The notes beneath the pieces were generated by a model. The model did no database searches and was not told the DNA's origin. It worked only from the letters and a program-made list of their open reading frames with translations. The position numbers and the translations under genes are program-made. Of a stretch of DNA of 64,000 bases, positions 10,797-18,288 are shown piece by piece. Positions within the stretch are counted from its first letter, which is position 1. Every line of letters starts with the position of its first letter. Source of the stretch: an uncultured bacterium (GTDB taxonomy: Bacteria; Patescibacteriota; Gracilibacteria; BD1-5; UBA2023); contig CAIVSN010000142.1 of assembly GCA_903908595.1 (NCBI GenBank), positions 13,315-77,314 of the forward strand, read 5' to 3'.

Positions 10797-11753
10797 CTAG
10801 GAAAGGGAATCGGCGTCGGTATCGGTGACGTGGGCGGGGCCAATTACCATCTGGATGAGCTTCTGGCGGGCTTGGATTCGGACATGGTCGGAAACGGTGT
10901 TCCCGTAGATGCCGGAAGAAAGGAGCGCGGAAAGGAACCGAGTATCGACGGATTGGGGCAGGCGGATTTTGAGGCGGCGGATTTCCTTGCGGTCCTGGAG
11001 GTCGAGGACGATGGAAATGCCGAAGAGGTGATAGGTTTTCGGTAACTTGTCCCGGTGGGATTCCGGGAAGTCCGATCGGGCTCCGGCGTCGTCATCGTCA
11101 GATTCCAGATCGAGCAACAGGTCGCGTTCGGGAGGATAGATGAAATCCGGCCGCTTGAACCGGTTCGTTACCGGAGGCTGACGATGGTATTCGACGAGGT
11201 TGTCCTTGAGGCGTGCAAAGAAAGCGGCAGCGTACTCGGAATCGACGGGAGAAATAGGGACGGCGGGGTCGCCGGAGGGTTCGTCCGTTTCGTCGAGTTC
11301 GGGTTTCGGATGGTCGAAGTCGTATTCGGCCTGGTTCGAGTACGGCGATTCGTCGGGATCGGATTCTTCCGGGGATTGGCCGGCAAAGTCGTAGTACGGG
11401 GAAAGCATCCAAAGGACGATGGCAAGGTTGGCCAGGACAAGGAAGAGGGAAAGGAAGAGTTCGAATTTGGAGTCGGCAAGGTAGAAACCCGCAACGGAGG
11501 CCAGGAAAACCGGAGCGAAACAATCGACGAAAGACAAGTCGAGCGAGAGGTCGCCGTTTCAGTCGGTCCAGAATTCCACCCAGTATTCCCGGAAGGAGAC
11601 CACCGAGAAAGCGAGGAAGAGAGAGCCAAAGAGTACGGCAAGGAACGGATGGCCGTTGTGGATGTTCGAGGTGATGGCGTATCAGGCGATAAGGCCTTGG
11701 GAGAAGAAACGGAGAATGGACAGCGTTTCGTCGAGAGATGGGAGCTTAAGCAT
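10797..11753 (-). CDS. Phage membrane protein with acidic cytoplasmic tail, 318 aa
   Basis: About four N-terminal hydrophobic segments then a D/E/P-rich region; two TGA read through. Confidence 0.65.
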
Positions 11754-11764
11754 AGGAAGGATTA

Positions 11765-12430
11765 TTAGTTTGGGTTTTGAAGTAATTCCAGAATCAGTTG
11801 ATTCGGAATGAGGGAGCGGCGTTTGTCTCCGGCACGTCAGAGGGAGACGATACCGGCGGAAGTACAGCGGGGGACCGGGACGTGGCAGCACGAATTCCCC
11901 GATCATTCCGGGGTCTTGTACCCGCACCGGGGTTTCGGTTGCCAGGACAAATCATTCGTGAAGATATGCGTTGGCTTGCGGTAGGGGTATCAGTAGGAGC
12001 AAAAGGTAATCAGGCGGGCAAATCAATCGGACCATTCGAGAAAATCGATCATTGTTTTCTGCTTGGCCATGTTGCCGCGGGGATTCTCGACATAGTATTT
12101 CATCGATGAATTCTTTTTGAGGTAATGTTCGATGATTTCAAGAGTCTTTTCTAGGATACGATCGCCATGGCGGGCTTTTTCGTTCTTGGCGTTTCCCAGC
12201 TTGTCGCGATAGAATCAGGACGAGGCAAAGGAAAACGTCGTGCAATCCGGGGATGCCCAGATTATGTCCGGACAAATATCGCAGTAGTCGAACGGATCGA
12301 AATCGAGGATATCCATGACGAGGTCACAACGATGCTTCGGGTCGATATCGAGGGAGATGACGCGCATTCAGAGCGATTCGGCAATCTTGCCGACGCACCT
12401 GGTACCGGCGAAGAGTTCGAGCATTTGCAT
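11765..12430 (-). CDS. Short DNA (cytosine-5) methyltransferase, 221 aa
   Basis: Motif I 'MLELFAGT', motif IV 'IWASPDC', motif VI 'YVENP', 'YRKPT'; broken up by TGA in the ORF track. Confidence 0.82.
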
Positions 12431-12597
12431 TATGCGGAACGTTCGAACAATACCCGGTTTATTGCCTCTACCCGGTTGAACGCGGAGATATCGAGGACGG
12501 TGAGTTTTTCGTCGATTTCGGTTTTTTGCCTTTTGAGACGTACCGATACGAATTTTGCCCGGACGTTTTCGGGACTTTTGATTTTGGAGGTTGGCAT
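12430..12597 (-). CDS. Small basic protein, possibly DNA-binding, 55 aa
   Basis: MPTSKIKSPENVRAKFVSVRLKR...; TAATG overlap with the methyltransferase start. Confidence 0.5.
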   Translation of the reverse strand: MPTSKIKSPENVRAKFVSVRLKRQKTEIDEKLTVLDISAFNRVEAINRVLFERSA

Positions 12598-12630
12598 ATG
12601 GGAGGATTATTTGTTTTGGAGTCATGCGGT

Positions 12631-12996
12631 TTATTTGACGAGCCTCTGGAAGTCAAGGTGATCCTGCGGTGGCGACTTTTTGCCGTATATCCGGGAAATG
12701 CCGGAATTGAACCGGTCGACTTTCTTGGCGAGGTTTTCATGTCTGGATTTGAGGGATTTCAAGTCGGAGAGCAGAAACATTTTGATAGCGAGGGTATTGT
12801 TTACCCTTTGCCGGACGAGGTTGAGCTTTTTGAGCCGTTCGTATTCGGCGTCGAAATATTCGCGGTCGTGGGTACCGAAACCGGAGTAGAGGAGCGCGAT
12901 ATCCTCGTCCGTGTAATCGGTCGCCAGGACGACTTGGATATCGAGGAGCTTTTTCGGGGTTTCGGTGGGATGGGCATTATTATGTGAGTGTGCCAT
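12631..12996 (-). CDS. Phage hypothetical coiled-coil protein, 121 aa
   Basis: Clean ORF directly downstream of rep. Confidence 0.6.
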   Translation of the reverse strand: MAHSHNNAHPTETPKKLLDIQVVLATDYTDEDIALLYSGFGTHDREYFDAEYERLKKLNLVRQRVNNTLAIKMFLLSDLKSLKSRHENLAKKVDRFNSGISRIYGKKSPPQDHLDFQRLVK

Positions 12997-13011
12997 ATCA
13001 GAAGGATAGGG

Positions 13012-14220
13012 TTAAGGATCGGCGTAAAGTTTTTTGAGCTGGTAGACGTCGGTAAGTTCGGCGGGGATTTCCTTGTCGGAGAACACTTCGAAACCCTTGA
13101 GGAGGAGCTTCATACCGTAGACCCGGTAGAGTTCTTCGAACATGGCGTCCTCGGACGTGTGTTTCCTGTAGGTCTTGAGGTAGCTGGTGGCCATGAGGAT
13201 GGAGCGGTTGAGTATCCGCTTCATCACGGCCCTTGATACCTCGTCCGTGTTGCGGTCGTAGTGGTCGGCGGTGAGTTCCACGTCGTGGACGTAGCGCTTG
13301 GACTCGGTGAGCTTCCAAATGTCGAATTTGTCGCCGGTATTCGCGTTTATGTAATCGGCGGCATCGGTTTCGACGCTTTTGAGAAGCGCGTTGAGGGAAG
13401 AATCGACGAGGTCCTTGATTCCCTTTGCCTTTTTCCGGTATTCGAGGCGGGTGATGGGTTTGGTGGACTGCATGTACGGCAGGTACGGCCGTTCGCCGAG
13501 CGCGACGATTTCGAGCTTGTTGTTGTCGATGATGTCGAGCGTCTTGTTGTAGATCGCGAATTGCGTGGTTTCGGTGACGGAACAGCGCCACGTTTCGCGA
13601 CCTTCGGTGACGAAGTTCTTGACCCGGTTCCGGTAGCGCACGTACTTTTTGAGGAAGTCGTGGCAATCGATGCCCTGGATGTCGAACCGGTAGTCGATCC
13701 GGGAAACGAGCCGTGGGACGTCGGGATTGAATTCGAGCAGTCCGAGAAAGTACGGCAGGAAATCCTGGTACGCCATGCAGAAGAGCCCGACGAATTCGAT
13801 TTCCGAAAATATTTTGTCGGGTTCGGCCTGCGGGATGGAATATTCGACTTCCTCACCGGAGAGGGGGGATATGGTCTTGATTACCAACGGCGGTTTGGTC
13901 GACGGCATTTTCAGGTGGATTTGGGCGATCATTTTCTCGGTTTCGCTTTGGATATCGTAGAGCTTGATCCGGTTGCTTTTGGCATAGCCGCGGAAGACGA
14001 GCCGGAAACCGTGGTCAAGAAACTTTTCGGCGTTGTTTTCCACGAGGCCGGAGATTTGGCGGGCGAATGCGGAAGTTTCAGAGATTCGGAGCGTGAGATA
14101 GTCGATGTTCTTGGAAAAGAGGGTGATTTTGCTTTTGTGAGAAGCTTTTTCCGGGTCGGTTTTCGGGTCGTTTTCAGCATGGGGGGTTTTCGCATTTCCC
14201 CCCTTTTGAGTTTTAGGCAT
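13012..14220 (-). CDS. Rolling-circle replication initiator (Rep_trans-like)
   Basis: 'NIDYLTL', 'VSRIDYRFD', 'FAIYNK', 'TRLEYR' motifs; exact start uncertain. Confidence 0.75.
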   Translation of the reverse strand: MPKTQKGGNAKTPHAENDPKTDPEKASHKSKITLFSKNIDYLTLRISETSAFARQISGLVENNAEKFLDHGFRLVFRGYAKSNRIKLYDIQSETEKMIAQIHLKMPSTKPPLVIKTISPLSGEEVEYSIPQAEPDKIFSEIEFVGLFCMAYQDFLPYFLGLLEFNPDVPRLVSRIDYRFDIQGIDCHDFLKKYVRYRNRVKNFVTEGRETWRCSVTETTQFAIYNKTLDIIDNNKLEIVALGERPYLPYMQSTKPITRLEYRKKAKGIKDLVDSSLNALLKSVETDAADYINANTGDKFDIWKLTESKRYVHDVELTADHYDRNTDEVSRAVMKRILNRSILMATSYLKTYRKHTSEDAMFEELYRVYGMKLLLKGFEVFSDKEIPAELTDVYQLKKLYADP

Positions 14221-14257
14221 TGGAATGCACTTTACTGTTTGTTTTTTTGGGAGTGAA

Positions 14258-14283
14258 CCACCCCCCTTTAACATGGGGGGTGG
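14258..14283. other. Candidate double-strand origin / nick hairpin
   Basis: CCACCCCCC-TTTAACAT-GGGGGGTGG perfect 9-bp stem immediately 5' of rep. Confidence 0.6.
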
Positions 14284-14459
14284 GAGAGTCCCGGAATATT
14301 GGTATTTTTCGTGGGAGCTTTTTTTGGAATGAACGAAAAAAAGTCCCACCCGTTAATTGGTGAAACTGTGAATAGAAATAGGTATCTTTGTATTTGTTTA
14401 TTTGCCGTCTGCCCTTCCCTCTCGGGGATGAGGCCGCTGCGTGTATGGTTTTGGCTTAA

Positions 14460-14537
14460 TGGTGCAACCGGCGCGACTCGAACGCGCGGCCTCCTCCTTC
14501 GCAGGGAGGCGCTCTAATCCAACTGAGCTACGGCTGC
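14460..14537 (-). tRNA. tRNA-Arg(GCG), prophage integration target
   Basis: Cloverleaf with anticodon arm CCTCC-CTGCGAA-GGAGG and encoded CCA. Confidence 0.92.
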
Positions 14538-14688
14538 AAAAACGCCCGTGGAGCATAGCGAATTATGGGTTTTTTGCAAGGGGAAGTCAGCATGACCTGT
14601 TACGAAATCAGTCTGAACAAAAGAAAACACCCGGATGCCACGATGATAAAGACTGGAAATCCCCCCCTAGGGAAACGAGAATCGAATG

Positions 14689-15486
14689 TTACAGCGGCAT
14701 GAGATTCGTGCTCACATAGCTCTTGACCACGTACCCAATTTCCGTGATCATGTTCGGATGGTCCGAGACTCCAAAGAACCTGCTGGAAGAACCGAGCAGT
14801 TTTTTGGCTTCGATGAACGCGTTATCCTGGCCTTCGAATATTTCCTTGGAAATAGGGCTTTCGGACTTGTAGAGATTCGGGAGCCGATTTTTACCGGGCC
14901 TGGCTATGTCGTAAATTATCGACTGATCCGTATCGGGATGCAAGACTATCCAACTGTGATCGCCCCCCTCGGCCACATCCGTATGGAAGGATACGCCGCT
15001 CATATATACGCTCGGGATGCCTATGGAGCGCAATATGCCCTGTCACAGGGCGGCCCGTTCCGCACATTGGGCCGAACCGTCACGAAAATCCGAAAGTTTC
15101 GGCGTGGAATCCGCATATTTCGCGTTCCGAATCCCAGTAGCGCCCGCAAGTTCGTCAGCTGCAATACCAAGTCGCTGCTCCATTCCGTTCTGAACGGTCA
15201 TGAGCGCGAAAAACAATTTGGGATCGACATTTTTTCGGACGCCTTCGGGGAATTTTCGATACCATACCTCGAAAACGTCCTTTCTGGAAGCGTAAAGTCG
15301 ATTCAAATCTTCTCATTTTGCAAAAGCCGGAAACGCGTCGTAATCCAATTTCAAATTCGTCGTAAGCACCGGCGAAAATATCGACCCTCCGACGGGCAGG
15401 ATGTCGCCATTGCGCAATTCTCCCCAGATTCACCGGTGGAGATGGGAAAACGAATGGGGTTGCGAAGGTTGGTTGATAGGGTTCAT
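14689..15486 (-). CDS. Transglutaminase-like (Cys-His-Asp) protein, 265 aa
   Basis: 'QCAERAALGQGILRSIGIPS...DHSWIV...IIYD' after TGA joining. Confidence 0.55.
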
Positions 15487-15546
15487 AGAGGGGGTTCTCA
15501 GGAAATTGCGTCCATGCTACCACGAATATTCCGTCCTGTAAAAAAA

Positions 15547-15885
15547 CTAACCGGCTCGGGGCATGCCATAATAATCGAACCCCTTGAGATCGACCATCGA
15601 TTTCGTCATGAAATTTTTCTTCTTTCCCTTCTTGAAAAAACCCCGCGAGTCCAGAATTCCCATTTCGATGAGGGATTCTATGTTTTTCGTTCAGAGCTTT
15701 TTCTTCGGGAAATTCTGCTTGTTTTCCATGTAATGCTTCCGCTGCTTGAAACTGGTGTTCTTGCGGGTCTGGGGATTCTCGTTGCCGATATAAACCGCAA
15801 AGGCCTTTTTCTTGCCTTTTGAATTTTTCCGTGCCTGAGCCTGTTTCTTGACGAGGCGGGGCGAGAGTCCGTGTGTATTGGCCAT
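15547..15885 (-). CDS. Lys-rich hypothetical protein, 112 aa
   Basis: ATG at 15885, one TGA, TAG at 15547. Confidence 0.5.
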
Positions 15886-16112
15886 GAGCAGATTATATGG
15901 AAAAATACAAAAAAGAAACCCAGGGTTTCTTTTTCGAACGAAAATCGCAACGAATAGGCGCGTCTGGGCAAAATGTGTATTGGGACGGACAATGGGACTC
16001 TTCCTCCGCTCCGCTGCGGACGCGCTCGGCCGGAAGCCAAACCGTTGGCTTCCTAAAGCGCTGACGCGCTTTGCCTCGCGTTCGAGTCCCATTATCCGCC
16101 GGCCGCTTCGTG

Positions 16113-16139
16113 AAAAAAGAGTCCCGAAGGACTCTTTTT
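16113..16139. terminator. Bidirectional intrinsic terminator after the tRNA-Gly pair
   Basis: AAAAAAGAGTCC-cgaa-GGACTCTTTTT. Confidence 0.75.
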
Positions 16140-16150
16140 GAGGGTGTATT

Positions 16151-16227
16151 TGGAGCGGATAATGGGACTCGAACCCACAACGGCCGCCATGGCAAGGCGG
16201 TACTCTAGCCAATTGAGCTATATCCGC
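16151..16227 (-). tRNA. tRNA-Gly(GCC)
   Basis: GCGGATA acceptor, anticodon loop TTGCCAT, U73, CCA. Confidence 0.93.
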
Positions 16228-16240
16228 AAAAATGGACATT

Positions 16241-16319
16241 TGGAGCGGGGGACCGGGTTTGAACCGGCACACCCAAGGGTTGAAGCCTTAGTACACTCGC
16301 TCTTTTATGTTACCCCCGC
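16241..16319 (-). tRNA. tRNA-Gly(UCA), UGA-decoding
   Basis: Acceptor GCGGGGG/CCCCCGC with U73-CCA (Gly identity), anticodon loop CT-TCA-AC, short variable loop, atypical D-arm. Confidence 0.9.
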
Positions 16320-16416
16320 AAGGATTTTTGCTTGCCCATTGTATGAAAAGTCGGCAGTCTGTCAAAATTGGTTGCAACGAGTTTGCGAACTTCGCGACTT
16401 GGGATACACTCCGAAC

Positions 16417-18093
16417 ATGAATTTCGACCTAACGACAGAAATCGTGGAAGCCGTAGTTTCCGATACGGAAGCCTTTACCAAGGACCAGCTCCAAGCTATT
16501 GTCCGGCGGATTTCGGCAAAATACAAAAGTGCGGATTCGCCGCCGTTGTTCCGGCTTCTGGAAACCTATCGGTCCGGGGTGAAAAAAGGGGAATACGCGA
16601 ACGATACCCGGATCCTCAAACTCTTCCGCAAACGGGCCGTGAGGTCGCTTTCGGGAGTTTCCGTGATTTCGTTACTCACCAAATTCTGGGGCTGCCCCGG
16701 GAAATGCGTTTTCTGCCCCACGTTCGACCACCTCCCGAAAAGCTACGTCCCCCAGGAACCGGCGGTCATGCGGGCGGAACTCAACGAATTCGACACGGTA
16801 CGGCAAATCCAGAACCGGCTCCGGTCGCTCGAAGTCACCGGGCACACCGTTGCCAAGTGCGACGTGCGCGTTATCGGGGGAACTTGGAGCGTCTATCCTC
16901 CGGAATACCGGGAGGCCGTGATGAAAGGGATTTACGATGCGCATACCACGTTCTCCGAATTGCGTAAATACATCGAGGAAGGCGAATCGAACGACCCCTT
17001 CTCTGGATTCAAAATCCGGAAAGGCTACGGAATGATCGCGTCGGAAACCCTGGAAGAAGCGCAAAAGCGCAATGAAAGCGCCGAATCCCGTGTCATAGGA
17101 ATCGCCATCGAGACACGTCCGGACTGGATTACCCCGGATGAAGTTCGACAGCTCCGTGTCTATGGTGTCACTCGTGTCGAAATTGGCTATCAAACGACGA
17201 ACGACGAGATAAACGCGCTCAATAAACGGGGGCATGGAAATATCGAATCCATTCGCGCGACCCGGCTTCTCAAGGATGCCGGATTCAAAGTGGTAGCCCA
17301 CATGATGCCGAATCTCCTTGGATCCGACCCGGACCAAGATCGGCAATCCATGCGGGAAATCTTCGACAACCCCGATTTCCGGCCGGACGAACTCAAAATC
17401 TATCCAATGGTCGTCACCGACCGATCGGAACTCACGGAAATCTGGCGGAACGGTGGCTTCACGCCCTACGACGACGAAACCCTCGTCGACCTGATGGCTG
17501 ACCTGGAAGGGATGATTCCCGAATACGTCCGCCTGAACCGGAGCTACCGGGACATTCCTTCCAACATGATCCTCGCGGGATCCAAACTCTCGAACCTTCG
17601 GGAACTGACCGCTTGACGGATGAAAGAAAAAAGCATTTCCAGAAAGGACATATCGGCACGGGAAATACGCGCCAAGAAGAACGACCCACATGACGCGGTT
17701 CTGGAAATCTCGGAATACGACGCGAGCCTGGGGCACGAATTCCTCTTGCAATTCGTCGATCCCGTGGACCGGACGCTCTTCGGGCTCCTCCGGCTGAGGA
17801 TCCCGAGCCAGCACTTCACCGGAGAAACCCCTATCCTCCCGGAACTCGACGGCTGTGCCATTATCCGGGAAATCCACGTCTTCGGCGACCAACTCCCCGT
17901 CGGGGCACCGCCGGACGGCAGCGGGCAACATATGGGATTCGGGAAAAAAATGCTCGCGGAATCCGAAAAAATCATCCGGGAACGATATCCGGAAATCCGG
18001 AAAATGGCGGTCATTTCGGGTACGGGCGTCCGTCCGTACTATCGGAAATTCGGGTATGCTGACAGTGGAAGCTATCTGGTAAAACATCTGTAG
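16417..18093 (+). CDS. elp3: Elp3 radical SAM/GNAT tRNA U34 carboxymethyltransferase, 558 aa
   Basis: CPGKCVFCP, 'IETRPDW', 'VEIGYQT', 'HMMPNL', 'PDELKIYP', 'IREIHVFG...QHMGFG...ISGTGVRPYYRKFGY'; one TGA at 17614. Confidence 0.92.
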
Positions 18094-18257
18094 AAATACG
18101 ACGTCGGGCAAAATTCCACTACTCGCGTAGCCTTGGGTCGTTGCGCATTCGATTCCCTCGGCCCAAACTGCGCCGTCTTGCCCGAAAAACGAATACTCAA
18201 CCACCCCGCATCGCTCGTAGGAAGGAGAGAATCGTCTATTTTTTTACCCGGAAATCC

Positions 18258-18287
18258 AAAAAAAAAGCCCCGAAGGGGCCTTTTTTC
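18258..18287. terminator. Bidirectional terminator between convergent genes
   Basis: A-run GCCCC-gaa-GGGGC T-run. Confidence 0.7.
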
Positions 18288-18288
18288 A

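Larger units (their letters stand above)
2326..14537 (-). mobile_element. Integrated filamentous phage (inovirus-like) prophage, ~12.1 kb
   Basis: Bounded by an intact tRNA-Arg and a duplicated tRNA 3' end. Contains integrase, RCR Rep, Zot/pI ATPase, small TM coat genes and a pIII-like gene, all co-oriented. Confidence 0.88.

Noticed and set aside
16241-16319. tRNA-Sec or tRNA-Trp(UCA) (code 4)
   Set aside because: No long variable arm or extended acceptor stem; Gly identity elements are present; TGA maps to Gly in Walker A and GSxN motifs
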